A stretch of 64,000 bases of DNA from Patescibacteria group bacterium (GCA_041738615.1 JBGSPL010000004.1:1203-65202), one strand, 5' to 3'; counted from the first letter of the stretch, positions 46,869 through 57,651 are shown. Numbers and translations: made by a program. Notes: generated by a model from the sequence alone, not told the origin.

Positions 46869-48944
46869 TTATAACGGAAAACTTTCAATTCGTGCCCTTT
46901 CGAGTATCTCCATAATAATAACCGCTTGTTTTTCTGATGGCGTTTTGCCCGTTTCTGTAGCAATGGCGAGATTTATAAAGTCCATATCTCTTGGCAGTAG
47001 TACCTGATGAGTTTTATCCCATTCGAGTAATGCTCTCCAGTTCTCTGCACCAAAATTAACTACATCTATCATCGCATGAATGTTGTTGTCATGTCCTTGA
47101 GTTTTCTGGGCATACTTTTGGTCTTGTTTTAGGATATTTTTATCCGCTAATTCGTTAATGAAATCTTGGTTAAGCTTAATTTTGATTTTTTTAGCTTCTT
47201 CCCAGCAAGCTTCTCTCTTGGCCCATTCAGTAACATTTTCAACTGGTCTTGACTCGTCGATTAAGTGATTGTACATAATTTCTGAGGTTTGTTCGATCTG
47301 TCTAATCCAAGCTGGTGAGAGTGATTGTTTGACCCAAATATTTTTCAGTGAAATTGCGTCGTCTGGGTATTCTGATTCCACAACATAAAAAATTTTCGAA
47401 ATTGTGTAAGCAACAATATTTGCTTTATAACTGTTATACCATTCTTGATTTCTTACTATTTTGTCTGCTTCTTTGGTAATAATTGCGAGCGAAACCACCT
47501 CTTTGAAGAATTCCTCATTGAAGGTAGCTTCATTGTTTTCCCATTGCTTAACTACCCAGGTAGCAAAACGAGCAAAGCCCTTTTGGCCACCAGCGCTAGC
47601 TATATCGGGTCTCATTTGGTGAAGATTCATGTATCTTGCTAAGTCAACTTTCTTGAACATTTGGTTTGTAGGATTTTGCAGTTCAAATCTCTTCTTCTCA
47701 GAGGGGGTACATTTGTAGGTTTCTTGCTTATATTGTCCATTAGCTCTTTCATAGTACCAATGTGTACCATACTGCCTTCCTTGGGTAGCGGGAGCAACAA
47801 CTCTTCGAGAAAATTCCTCAATTCTTATATGGAAAGGATGATTAGACCACAGATCTGCGTCACTTACTTTGTTCTGGCTATTCGCATATCTCGATATATC
47901 GGGTATCAATATCTGAGCCTTTTCATGAGTTACAATTGAAAGTTTCATAGGTACGTAAATCTTGCCGATCTTACTTTCGGCACCATCATTTTTATCGTTC
48001 AAGAGAGCCATGGCCAAAGATGCTGTAGTCTGGCCACCATTTACAATCTGCAGCGAGGAAATCTTTGTAATATACTTAACTCCATTTAATTCCTTTATCT
48101 CAACTTCAGAGGCGGTGGCCGCTATTCCGTTGTTGTAAGCAAAGAACATGCTTGGATTGTTGAGAATGGTGTTACGAATACCTTTATTTACCTTACCCTT
48201 AGTCTGCAAAAATGAACGTACGTTACCTTCAAGCAAGCGGCCCCCATATGTGTTATACAGATTTGCAAGCACCGTACCGGGGATATTACAAAGATACGCA
48301 GTGTACTCGTCTGTCTTACTTGCCGAAAGACAAGGAATGCCATTACCAAAAAGCTCATCTAGATCAATAATAATATCTTCTTTACCAGTTGATGATTTCT
48401 CAAGCTGATGCAACCTTCCCATATCCCAAATATGATACTCAACTGGAATTTCATTAAGGTCGGCTGTCTTCAGCTCCTTAATACTCTTGCTCATGACCAT
48501 ATCGGTTAGCAAATATATTCTATATTTTCTTACATTCTTATAGCCATGGACAACATCTACGGCTAGCCCATAACCCGGTGAGCTCTCTTCTGCCTTCCCG
48601 TCTATTAAATAGGCAGCCTCTTCAAGAAAGGACCTAGCTCTGACAAATATTTTTTCAGCGTCAGAATTTGTTAACGTTTCTTCTGAAAGGTAGGTTAGAG
48701 TTGGAGTAACAAATAGTGAAAGACAGTCATCGAGTTCGTTATAATCATAACCATCTATCTGTATTTTTCTGCCATTCTTTCCCAACCCTTCAAAATGCAA
48801 AGGAGTGAAGTCTTCAATTTCCTCTGCTTCGATAAGTGATTCGGTGGCATAGTTAATGAATTCTTCCTTGTCAGTTGTACCTTCGGCAGAAGACATGAAT
48901 TTAATTTCTTCAATAATAGTTTTTCGAAATTCAGCTAGTTCCAT
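46869..48944 (-). CDS. AIPR family protein (MzaE-like)
   Basis: LLEGNVRSFL, FFAYNNGI, QIVNGGQTT, NSQNKV. Confidence 0.9.
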   Translation of the reverse strand: MELAEFRKTIIEEIKFMSSAEGTTDKEEFINYATESLIEAEEIEDFTPLHFEGLGKNGRKIQIDGYDYNELDDCLSLFVTPTLTYLSEETLTNSDAEKIFVRARSFLEEAAYLIDGKAEESSPGYGLAVDVVHGYKNVRKYRIYLLTDMVMSKSIKELKTADLNEIPVEYHIWDMGRLHQLEKSSTGKEDIIIDLDELFGNGIPCLSASKTDEYTAYLCNIPGTVLANLYNTYGGRLLEGNVRSFLQTKGKVNKGIRNTILNNPSMFFAYNNGIAATASEVEIKELNGVKYITKISSLQIVNGGQTTASLAMALLNDKNDGAESKIGKIYVPMKLSIVTHEKAQILIPDISRYANSQNKVSDADLWSNHPFHIRIEEFSRRVVAPATQGRQYGTHWYYERANGQYKQETYKCTPSEKKRFELQNPTNQMFKKVDLARYMNLHQMRPDIASAGGQKGFARFATWVVKQWENNEATFNEEFFKEVVSLAIITKEADKIVRNQEWYNSYKANIVAYTISKIFYVVESEYPDDAISLKNIWVKQSLSPAWIRQIEQTSEIMYNHLIDESRPVENVTEWAKREACWEEAKKIKIKLNQDFINELADKNILKQDQKYAQKTQGHDNNIHAMIDVVNFGAENWRALLEWDKTHQVLLPRDMDFINLAIATETGKTPSEKQAVIIMEILERARIESFPL

Positions 48945-48945
48945 A

Positions 48946-49860
48946 CTAATTCTCCTCCCGGTATTTATCTATCGAAGAAAGTGACAAAATGTACTTTGAG
49001 TTGACAATCGCAGCGGGTATATCTTTCCTTCTGATACTTGGGAAATCTGAATTAACGCTATACCTATCAATTTTAGAAAGCTTGAAAGCTGGTTTGTCAT
49101 ACTCTTCACGACAGTAATAGCCAAGATTCAGTAATATTCCACTCAGTTTGTTTTTCAGACTTTCCGTTGTAAGCAGACTAGAGACTTCCGTAAATATTGA
49201 ATTTAGAGTTACCTTCATATTGTCTGACGCACTCGATTTATCAAGATAGACGACTGCTAGCACTCCTGGGATAGGCATATCTAACTGTTCCACTGATGCT
49301 ATCCGAACACTTTCAGCGCCACTTACGGTTGCCTTAACCTCATACCAGGTATTTTCACATACAAAATCTTGGTCAGCTTTCTCCGGACCAATCCATGAGT
49401 TAACAGCAACATCCTGTCCATACTTTGGAATAAGGCAATCTCTTAGAAAGCAGAGTTCTCCAACTAGTCCTTTTATCGCTGATGGTGAAAGTAGCTCTCC
49501 GTTTAGTTTTGCTAACATGTTCTGCCACTTAGTGTATCTGGAAGATATATAGTCAGATCCCTTTCCTTTATTTGTGATTGATCTCGAGGATTCAATAATA
49601 TCTTTGCAAAAATAGTTAAACATATCATCGAAATCGTCATTAATTAAAGAAAAAGAAGTTGCCCATTTTCCATCTTTGCGATTGCCTACAGTCACATTAA
49701 TGATTTGTGATGAATCGATTGCTGCCGGCTGATTATCTGTGATTAATAAAAGCGTCTGTCTAGACATGTCGTCAGAACCTACGTATAAGTCAAGTATGTG
49801 TGTATTATCAACCCTTTGAAATGAGCTTTGGTCTCTAAGCTCAGCGAAATTATTATCCAT
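48946..49860 (-). CDS. PD-(D/E)xK motif protein (DUF4420/MzaD-like)
   Basis: KGLVGEL, WIGP....QDF.....YEVKAT, IASVEQL. Confidence 0.85.
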   Translation of the reverse strand: MDNNFAELRDQSSFQRVDNTHILDLYVGSDDMSRQTLLLITDNQPAAIDSSQIINVTVGNRKDGKWATSFSLINDDFDDMFNYFCKDIIESSRSITNKGKGSDYISSRYTKWQNMLAKLNGELLSPSAIKGLVGELCFLRDCLIPKYGQDVAVNSWIGPEKADQDFVCENTWYEVKATVSGAESVRIASVEQLDMPIPGVLAVVYLDKSSASDNMKVTLNSIFTEVSSLLTTESLKNKLSGILLNLGYYCREEYDKPAFKLSKIDRYSVNSDFPSIRRKDIPAAIVNSKYILSLSSIDKYREEN

Positions 49861-52636
49861 TTATTACCTCGTCTTGATAATTAGTCTCGTCTATTTCCTC
49901 GAAGTCGTCGTCTATATCAAATAGCTCTTTATACATTACAAGGTTCACCTTGTACTTAAGCATCTTATTTTCACGCCCTTCAATTTCCGGTATCCCGACA
50001 CTTATCCCTATTATAGGTTTTGGTGCAGAACTTGCGTAATTAATCCTATCCTGTATGACCTCACTAGGTATACTCTTATTGTTTGTGTCGGGCGATAGCA
50101 CTACTGGATAAATAACAAGTAATGGATTACGTTTAATACCCTTAAAGTACCTTTCTTGCGCCAACGACAGCCTGGCCCCTGATCTGGCTAACTCTTCTCT
50201 AATAGGCAGTTCTGCCTCAAAGACCTGATCCTTCGTAAGGCCACCTTTTGCGAAGTTTGCACTACCAAGGCGCGACTTAGTGTCAGACATCTGCAGTGCC
50301 TTAGACTCTTTTTTTATACCAAAGTTTCTCATAACATATTTAATATCTAAATTGTCTAGTTTACCGCTAGGCCCCTTGCCACTAGCAATAACAATATCCC
50401 AGTTGTCTACGGTTCCATCCTTATAGTCGTTAATCATAGTAATAAGTGCCTCGGTTTGAAAGTCGATATTAAGATAATGGCTTTCAAACTTAGCAAGATA
50501 TTCTGATACATACTTTTTGGGCACATTCAGGGCTTGTAAGTGTTTTAAAGGTAGATCTACTGGAATTGTAAAATGGTGGCCGTCTTTTGCTAGGGTTTTA
50601 ATCCAATCCTCCGTAACTAGTAAATTATGGTCTAATCTTGATCTGTCTGAGTAAACATATTTAGTTTCGATGACCTTACCGTTTAGGGAAACCGTCATTG
50701 TGTAGTCTTTGGCGGTCTTCATTTTATTGCGCGCCGTTACAAGAAGCGCATTAATGTCAGACCTGACACAAAGACCAAAGTCTTTAGGGGTCTTGTTTTG
50801 CTCCTTCATCCTTCTAACTTCTCTTCTCAATTCATCAGCTGCGACTGAAATATATCTATACCAGTCTATTGCGCCTTCACCCATCCATATTTGGCAAATG
50901 TCGGCGTAGCCCTCTCTATAGCCGAACCATCTTCCCATTTGCATCAAAGTGTCATACATTTTGGAGTTTCTGTAAAAGTAACTGACACACAAACCTTCGA
51001 GTGTTAGCCCCCTAGATAGACTAAAACCACCGATTGCAATTAGCCTTAGCCCGTCCTCTGTATACTCGTCATAATTTAGGTTTTTCGCAGCGTTTCCACC
51101 GTTTACTGTTCTTACAACAATCGAAGCTACAGCTTCATGCAAAGCTTCCTGTATTTCGTCCCAAGTAAATTCGAAGTCTGGTATATTACTAAATTCTTCG
51201 TTAAAGACATCCTTAATAAACGAAAAGGAATTGTAGTTTAATGCCTCTTTCCCGATTAAGTGATAATTTTTAATTTCTCGCTGAAATTCACGTACATAGC
51301 CATCAACTGCTTTTTTAATCTGTTCCTGGACTGCAATGAACCTGCTAACATTCACTAGCATAGAACGATGTTTTGTAGTTTGCCCACGCAAATCTCTTAC
51401 TGCATTACAAATAAAGAAAGATACAACCGCCTTCCTTAGGCTTAGAGGTAGATCTTGGGGAACAAAGTCCTTTTTATGTTTTTCTGGTAAATAGTCTTCG
51501 CAATCATCATTAGCTTTTAGCATATATGAATGGCTACCTTCTTCAGAAAATATACTTCTAGCACCAACATAATTGCTTGGAGCTTCAAGCGCATATATAA
51601 AATCGCTTGGGAACAGATCATCTTTTAGCATCTCATGGTCGGAGTCTGGGTCGATAAATATATTTGCAAAAGGTGTTGCCGTAAAACCAACATAGTTAGC
51701 CTTAGAAAAAAGATTAAGTAATTTTCTTATACAGGCGTTTATGGTAGCGGGATCATCACCGCTTTTAGTATTTACTGAGGCGTTATCTGCCTCGTCGTCG
51801 ATTAGAAGCATTGGTAGTGAACTAGTTTGGCTAACCTCATTTGTGTTATATACCTTTAGCCATCGTTCTAATTTTTCTAATACACTTTTATTTTTCTTAA
51901 GGACAAAAAGGATGGGTGAGTTTATTCCTGCCAGTTGACCGTTTAACGACCCCGCAGTTGCTTGATTAAAATCATTTGTAGTCGATGTAACGGCCCACCC
52001 TGAAACACTTGGGTTTATGTTACCAACTCCCACAAACGCCTTGCTCTTGTCTCTGATAAAAGCAGTGCTGTCAAGTCCGACAAATCCTTCGTCTAATCTT
52101 CCTTGTGTTTGTTTTCTAAGTTTTTCAATAGTACCGGTAAGCAAAATCACAACCTTGTAACCAGCATCGGAAGCCTTATTAATGAGTGCCGTATAGGTTG
52201 CCGTTTTCCCTGATTGAACATCGCCGATAACAAGTCCGCGCCTCTGAAAGTCTTTGTCACCGGAAGGATTACCAAGTAGATCCATCATTTCGTCTGTTGA
52301 TTCATCTAATGACGCGATAACTTTTGGTGGGAACCCAGCATCCTTTATTAAATAGGTGGCATACCTGTCCCAGAAATCTGTTTTTAGATCTTTCTTTGCG
52401 GAGTTATACCAAGGTACATGGTCTTTACTCACCACGCAAGCTCCTCTATCCATACGTATTTCCAACATCGCATGTAGAGAGCTTAACATGTCTGACCTTT
52501 CCGTTTCTGAGATAGGGTAAAGCCTTGCAAAAACATTAACTAAATCTGATAACGCATCTTCGGTAATAATAGCATCTGGATCAATGCTTATCATGACATG
52601 ACTCATGATAAGTTTTTGATTTTTATTCATTATCAA
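49853..52636 (-). CDS. Z1-domain SF2 helicase-like protein (MzaC-like)
   Basis: GDVQSGKT, IDDEADNAS, GFTATP, HRSMLVN, SRGLTLEGL, DTLMQMGRWFGYR. Confidence 0.9.
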   Translation of the reverse strand: MIMNKNQKLIMSHVMISIDPDAIITEDALSDLVNVFARLYPISETERSDMLSSLHAMLEIRMDRGACVVSKDHVPWYNSAKKDLKTDFWDRYATYLIKDAGFPPKVIASLDESTDEMMDLLGNPSGDKDFQRRGLVIGDVQSGKTATYTALINKASDAGYKVVILLTGTIEKLRKQTQGRLDEGFVGLDSTAFIRDKSKAFVGVGNINPSVSGWAVTSTTNDFNQATAGSLNGQLAGINSPILFVLKKNKSVLEKLERWLKVYNTNEVSQTSSLPMLLIDDEADNASVNTKSGDDPATINACIRKLLNLFSKANYVGFTATPFANIFIDPDSDHEMLKDDLFPSDFIYALEAPSNYVGARSIFSEEGSHSYMLKANDDCEDYLPEKHKKDFVPQDLPLSLRKAVVSFFICNAVRDLRGQTTKHRSMLVNVSRFIAVQEQIKKAVDGYVREFQREIKNYHLIGKEALNYNSFSFIKDVFNEEFSNIPDFEFTWDEIQEALHEAVASIVVRTVNGGNAAKNLNYDEYTEDGLRLIAIGGFSLSRGLTLEGLCVSYFYRNSKMYDTLMQMGRWFGYREGYADICQIWMGEGAIDWYRYISVAADELRREVRRMKEQNKTPKDFGLCVRSDINALLVTARNKMKTAKDYTMTVSLNGKVIETKYVYSDRSRLDHNLLVTEDWIKTLAKDGHHFTIPVDLPLKHLQALNVPKKYVSEYLAKFESHYLNIDFQTEALITMINDYKDGTVDNWDIVIASGKGPSGKLDNLDIKYVMRNFGIKKESKALQMSDTKSRLGSANFAKGGLTKDQVFEAELPIREELARSGARLSLAQERYFKGIKRNPLLVIYPVVLSPDTNNKSIPSEVIQDRINYASSAPKPIIGISVGIPEIEGRENKMLKYKVNLVMYKELFDIDDDFEEIDETNYQDEVING

Positions 52637-54080
52637 ATTCCTCTCTCACTGCCTTCACGACATCGGGGTACTTAAGGAAGTATTCAAATTTATCCATGTT
52701 TTTTACAAAGGCACTAACATCACCGCCAGTTTTCTTAATTGCATCAATAGAATCTATCGCAATTTTATATACCTCATCAAATTCTAATGCTGCTGGCTGG
52801 GCACTACTGCCACTTTTTGCTACACGGTAGTAGATATCTCCATATGGGAAAGAGTCTTCAACTGTTTTAATAAACGAATCAAGCCGACTTAATTCGTTCT
52901 CGTCCAGTGACTCTTCTAATGCTTTGTACAGTGGCAAGTCTTTATTGATTAGATATTGAAGCGAGCCCCTATTGTCTATGTGGTTCCAAACATGAACTAG
53001 CTCATCACTATTAACATTTCTTCCACGATATTTATATACCCGTTCGCTTTTACCTACAGTACTTTCAACTATATTAACTAAACTCTTTTTTACAACGTCC
53101 GGGAGAGAGGCAGTCGATTTCTTTACATCAATTTCCCATATTGAATCAAGCGTATTTGGGATATCTACTCGGACTCTTGCTAACTTGTTCAGTTCATATT
53201 GCTTAATTAGCCTAAACCAGGTACCCCAAACAATAAGCCGTTTATTCCTATAAACATAGAATCCCTGGCTTTGCTTCAAGTCCATATCCCCCATAATCTT
53301 TTTGTCTTTTGTTGTTAGCTTTGAAGCAAATGGCAAAATATATGGCTTAACTTTGATGGAACTACCGTCAATTGTTATTTCTTGTTCAGTTAACGGCTGA
53401 GTCGCTGGATTGCTTTCCAAGAATGGGTCAATTAGTTCTATTCTGTTGTTGTTAAAGAATATTTTTACAGAGTTAAGTGGCCCCAAAAATCTATGGAAAA
53501 CGAGCGATACATGAGAACTCGCAATTTCAATCTTTTCGTCAAATACCTTGTGTAGTTGGGCTGATCCATTCGTCAGCCTATCAAAGTCTTCCCAGATAAC
53601 AATAGTCCCACTTTTTTGATCATTCAGCATGTCTACATGTTGGATCTTATTGATTTCTTTTTCATCTAACCTTAATAAAACCCAGTCACTTTTCTCAATT
53701 ACACGGTCGAGGTCCCACCTAGCTCCGTTTAGATTTCCATTTTTCTTAGTAATTACTGTTAGTTTTCGACACTGTGATAAAGAGGCCACTTTTAATCCCA
53801 GCCCAAAGCGTCCTAGGTCATGTGAGTCCCTTACTTCTAGTGAGCTTTTACTGCCGTAACGCATTGCCGTTTCGAGCTCTTCACTGTCCATCCCACAGGC
53901 ATTGTCAATAACTGCGACATAGGGGTTATCTTTAGAGCGAAAATTTACGTGAATCTCTTTTGCGCCCTTACCAATACTGTTATCAATGATATCTGCCAAG
54001 GCAGCTTCAAAAGAATACCCAATTGATCTCGTTGATTCTACGAGTATGGGGGCATATGGAGTTAAAATTATTTCTTTCAT
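52623..54080 (-). CDS. MORC/MutL-like GHKL ATPase (MzaB-like)
   Basis: ALADIIDNS, DNACGM, LGRFGLGLK.AS, QGFYVYRN.RLI, IDVKKS. Confidence 0.9.
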   Translation of the reverse strand: MKEIILTPYAPILVESTRSIGYSFEAALADIIDNSIGKGAKEIHVNFRSKDNPYVAVIDNACGMDSEELETAMRYGSKSSLEVRDSHDLGRFGLGLKVASLSQCRKLTVITKKNGNLNGARWDLDRVIEKSDWVLLRLDEKEINKIQHVDMLNDQKSGTIVIWEDFDRLTNGSAQLHKVFDEKIEIASSHVSLVFHRFLGPLNSVKIFFNNNRIELIDPFLESNPATQPLTEQEITIDGSSIKVKPYILPFASKLTTKDKKIMGDMDLKQSQGFYVYRNKRLIVWGTWFRLIKQYELNKLARVRVDIPNTLDSIWEIDVKKSTASLPDVVKKSLVNIVESTVGKSERVYKYRGRNVNSDELVHVWNHIDNRGSLQYLINKDLPLYKALEESLDENELSRLDSFIKTVEDSFPYGDIYYRVAKSGSSAQPAALEFDEVYKIAIDSIDAIKKTGGDVSAFVKNMDKFEYFLKYPDVVKAVREEFDNE

Positions 54081-54292
54081 ATAGAAAATAGTCCGACGTT
54101 TAATAGTAGCTATGTTTTGGCTTTATTGCGTTAATATAAAGCTCCCAACAAGTCGAATTATACTTCTTTTGAGCGTAGAAAGAAAGATAAAGCTAGTGTC
54201 AAGAAAAATGATTTGTAGGATATGGCCAGTTTATTTTAGTTTTCGAGAGTTAAATTTAGTTGCTTTTAGTTGTTGTCAAGCCAAAATATGTA

Positions 54293-54321
54293 TTGACAAG
54301 TATTGTATACTGAAATATAAT
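54293..54321 (+). promoter_or_regulatory. Perfect consensus sigma70 promoter
   Basis: TTGACA (54293-54298), 17 nt, TATAAT (54316-54321). Confidence 0.85.
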
Positions 54322-54388
54322 TAACTCAAGGTACGTCTAGCGCGTATCGGCACCAACACAATTCACTTAAAAATAGAACTGAACGGGT

Positions 54389-54452
54389 AACACCCGGAAT
54401 AGGAGACAACAAGATGATTATTTTGTTGTTTTTTGTTTCGGGTGTTTTTATT
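54389..54452 (+). promoter_or_regulatory. 27-bp leader hairpin with T-rich tail (attenuator/terminator-like)
   Basis: AACACCCGGAATAGGAGACAACAAGAT-GATT-ATTTTGTTGTTTTTTGTTTCGGGTGTT; 21 Watson-Crick + 6 G-U pairs, no mismatch on + strand. Confidence 0.75.
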
Positions 54453-54480
54453 AACAATAATCTCTTGAAAGGAGAAAGAA

Positions 54481-55818
54481 ATGGACAAACTAGAAACTGT
54501 CTATGTGAACATAGACGATCTAAACCCCGCCCCCTATAACCCCAGGAAATGGGGCAGAAAGTCACTAGATGACTTGAAGGAATCGATAAAGCGCTTTGGG
54601 GTGGTCGACCCCGTGATCCTGAACGGACACAAGGATAGGTCCAATGTGGTTGTAGGGGGCCATATGCGTATTGCCGCGTGTCGGGAACTTCAAATACTGA
54701 GCATACCTGCGGTGTATGTCTATATCGAAGACGTTGAGCTCGAGAAACAGCTGAATATTCGCCTTAATAAGAATCGTGGTGAATTCGACTTAACTCTTTT
54801 GGCTGAGTTCTCGGAGGAGCTACTCACAGATATTGGCTTCACGTCAGAGGAAATTGATGATGTCTACGGTATCGAAGAGAAAACAGAGATGTTTGACCTC
54901 GAGAAGGAGCTCAAGAAACTGGATATCACAACAATCGAGATGCAGAAGGGAGAAGTATGGCAACTAGGTGATTCCAGGATGATGATAGGAGACAGTACCG
55001 TAGAGAATGACGTCATGAAGCTCATGGGAGATGAGAGGGCAGATATGTGCCTGTGCGACCCTCCATATCTTCTGGACTACCTGTCGGCTAAGCGACACGG
55101 CGGTGCCGTAACGGGCTTTGGAGCCAAAAAGAACCGTCGCTACCTCGAAACGGATGTTCTCCCACCTGATTTCACCGAAAAGTGGATGGCAAATGTGGCA
55201 AAAGTCCAGAAACCCGATTTTTCAATCATTGTCTACGAGAATCCAAAGAACCTAAGGACAATTTGGAATGAGCTCGAGAAACACTGGAAATACCGTAACA
55301 CTATCGTCTGGCATTTGCCGAATCGTGTGCAGGGCTTCTCAGCTAAATATAAGTTCTTCAATAAGTCCGATATCGCTCTGGTTGGTACTAAGGGAAATGT
55401 CGAGCTGAACCTAGGGCCAGAGTCAGAGGAGCTGTTCCAAGGTGAGTATGAGAATGCCTTATTCGCTACGTCTGGATGCCCTCATTGGGAAGGATACTCC
55501 AAGGGTAAGAAAATTTGCCCCACGGACTTTATAGAATTTGTCGCGGCTGACGAAAAGAGCTCAGGTCAAGGTATTATCTTCGGAACCAAGCCGATTGAAA
55601 TACTAATTCCATATATAAAAGTACTCACAAAACGAGATGACCTGATCATCGAGACTTTTGGTGGCTCAGGGTCGACCTTGATTGCGGCCGTCAAGATGAA
55701 AAGACGCTGTTATCTGATGGAGAAGTCGCCCGTCTACGCAGAGGTTATTAGGAATCGTTGGGAAAAATTAACCGGCCAAAAAGCCGTAAGAATCGAGGCT
55801 AAAAATGAAAGTAAATGA
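54481..55818 (+). CDS. ParB-N domain fused to N6A/N4C DNA methyltransferase (phage-type)
   Basis: LNPAPYNPR, FGVVDP, GGHMR; DPPY then FGGSGST. Confidence 0.88.
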   Translation: MDKLETVYVNIDDLNPAPYNPRKWGRKSLDDLKESIKRFGVVDPVILNGHKDRSNVVVGGHMRIAACRELQILSIPAVYVYIEDVELEKQLNIRLNKNRGEFDLTLLAEFSEELLTDIGFTSEEIDDVYGIEEKTEMFDLEKELKKLDITTIEMQKGEVWQLGDSRMMIGDSTVENDVMKLMGDERADMCLCDPPYLLDYLSAKRHGGAVTGFGAKKNRRYLETDVLPPDFTEKWMANVAKVQKPDFSIIVYENPKNLRTIWNELEKHWKYRNTIVWHLPNRVQGFSAKYKFFNKSDIALVGTKGNVELNLGPESEELFQGEYENALFATSGCPHWEGYSKGKKICPTDFIEFVAADEKSSGQGIIFGTKPIEILIPYIKVLTKRDDLIIETFGGSGSTLIAAVKMKRRCYLMEKSPVYAEVIRNRWEKLTGQKAVRIEAKNESK

Positions 55819-56206
55819 AAAGGCGAAAGCAGAATTACTAGAAATACTCTCTAAGAATCCCATCCTACAACCCGCCTGTGATCGTTGTGGGATCAGTAGG
55901 GCGACATACTTTCGTTGGAAAGCCGATGACAAGAAATTCAAAGAGGAAGCAGACAAGGCTATTGTCGAGGGTCGGATACTAGTCTCTGAGTTGTCGGAGT
56001 CAAAGCTACTATCCGCAATCAAGAACGAGAATCTTGGAGCTATCAAATTCTGGCTACAGAACAATGATCCAAGGTATGCACAAAAGCTAATTACGACTGG
56101 CGAAGTTACCGTAATCCATAAGGAGCTAACTCCTGAGCAAGAAGCCAGTATTAAGGAGGCACTGATGCATGCGGATATTAAGATAGGTGGGAGTAATATG
56201 GGATGA
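55805..56206 (+). CDS. HTH protein, putative terminase small subunit
   Basis: ACDRCGISRATYFRW HTH, AIKFWL; directly upstream of terminase large subunit. Confidence 0.65.
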   Translation: MKVNEKAKAELLEILSKNPILQPACDRCGISRATYFRWKADDKKFKEEADKAIVEGRILVSELSESKLLSAIKNENLGAIKFWLQNNDPRYAQKLITTGEVTVIHKELTPEQEASIKEALMHADIKIGGSNMG

Positions 56207-57651
56207 ACAAAGAAAAAGAGGTTGAAAACTTTATGGAGATAGTCAGTGATCCCGAAACTCGGGTTGCACTAACCACTAGAAGCCATTATTACTTTTTCTA
56301 CATCTATTTTAGTGGCTATATTCAGCACGACATCGCTCCGTTTCAAAAGCAAATGTTCGCCATTACAGAAGATAACGGCGTTCCGCTAACAGTGATTGTA
56401 AGCTTTAGAAATAGCGGTAAGTCTACTCTGATCACTATGTCTTATGTGCTTTGGGCAATTCTTGGAATACAAAAGAAGCGATTTATTTGTATTATCAGTC
56501 AAACACAGGAACAGGCACGAACACATTTCAGGAGCTTGAAAAAAGAGCTAGAGAACAATACGTTGCTGAGAGATGATCTCGGACCGTTTAGAGAAGAGGA
56601 GGAGTGGAATTCATCGACTCTGGTTCTCACAAAATATAATGCCAGAATAATGATTGCTTCACGTGACCAGTCTTTCAGAGGTGTTAGACACAGAGAAGTT
56701 CGCCCTGACCTAATTATTTGTGATGATATCGAAGACATTAACTCGGTGAGAACTAAAGAGGGTCGAGACCATACTTACAACTGGTTTAACTCAGAAGTAG
56801 TACCGCTAGGAGATTTGGGGACTAAAATAGTGGTAGTGGGTAACAAATTACATAAAGACTCTCTGATAAAAAGACTCGAAGATGAAATCATTGGTGGTGA
56901 TCGAAAAGGAATCTATCGGGAGTATCCAGTTATTAAAAGTAATGGAAAGATTCTATGGCCTGGAAAGTACCCCAACCAAGAGGCGATTGACGAGCTGAAG
57001 GCCAAAACCAGCTATTTGTCGTGGAACCGAGAATACTTACTAAGAATAATTGATGATCAGGAACCAGTGGTTGATAGGGAGTGGGTCAGGTATTACCAAG
57101 AAATTCCACCATCTAATTATGACCATCGGAGAACCTTCGCTGTTGGTATAGATTTGGCTGTATCCGAAAAGGAAAAGGCGGACTATTCCGCCTTAGTAAG
57201 TTGCGAAATCATCGGGACAGGCGATGATATGAAAATATACATATTACCAAACCCCATCAATTCAAGGATGAGGCTACCAGTGACAGCTGATACCACAATA
57301 AATCTTGTAGGATCATGGGGCGAAAGAGCCAGCTATATGGTTTATGTAGAGGACGTTGGGCAACAAAGGGGCTTGGTGCAACTTCTAGAGGATAGAGGTA
57401 TCAATGCATGCGGTGTTCTTATCGGCAGGAATGACAAGAGGACTAGGCTGGCAATTGTTTCTGAGTACATTAGATCTGGGAAGATCATCTTCCCAGAGAA
57501 GGGTGCCAACGCCCTTATGATGCAGATACTCGACTTCGGAGTGGAATCTCACGATGATCTTGTAGATGCTTTTACAACCCTGATTTTGGGAATAATGAAC
57601 AATCCGCCCGTACAATTCGTGGGTAGGATAAGATTGGGAGGGCTAATGTAA
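56203..57651 (+). CDS. Phage terminase large subunit
   Basis: SFRNSGKST, IICDDIED, WNREY, GIDLA, HDDLVDA. Confidence 0.88.
   Translation: MNKEKEVENFMEIVSDPETRVALTTRSHYYFFYIYFSGYIQHDIAPFQKQMFAITEDNGVPLTVIVSFRNSGKSTLITMSYVLWAILGIQKKRFICIISQTQEQARTHFRSLKKELENNTLLRDDLGPFREEEEWNSSTLVLTKYNARIMIASRDQSFRGVRHREVRPDLIICDDIEDINSVRTKEGRDHTYNWFNSEVVPLGDLGTKIVVVGNKLHKDSLIKRLEDEIIGGDRKGIYREYPVIKSNGKILWPGKYPNQEAIDELKAKTSYLSWNREYLLRIIDDQEPVVDREWVRYYQEIPPSNYDHRRTFAVGIDLAVSEKEKADYSALVSCEIIGTGDDMKIYILPNPINSRMRLPVTADTTINLVGSWGERASYMVYVEDVGQQRGLVQLLEDRGINACGVLIGRNDKRTRLAIVSEYIRSGKIIFPEKGANALMMQILDFGVESHDDLVDAFTTLILGIMNNPPVQFVGRIRLGGLM

Noticed and set aside
54326-54565. 79-aa minus-strand ORF across the leader
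   Set aside because: Antisense to the methylase start and the structured leader; no recognisable protein features
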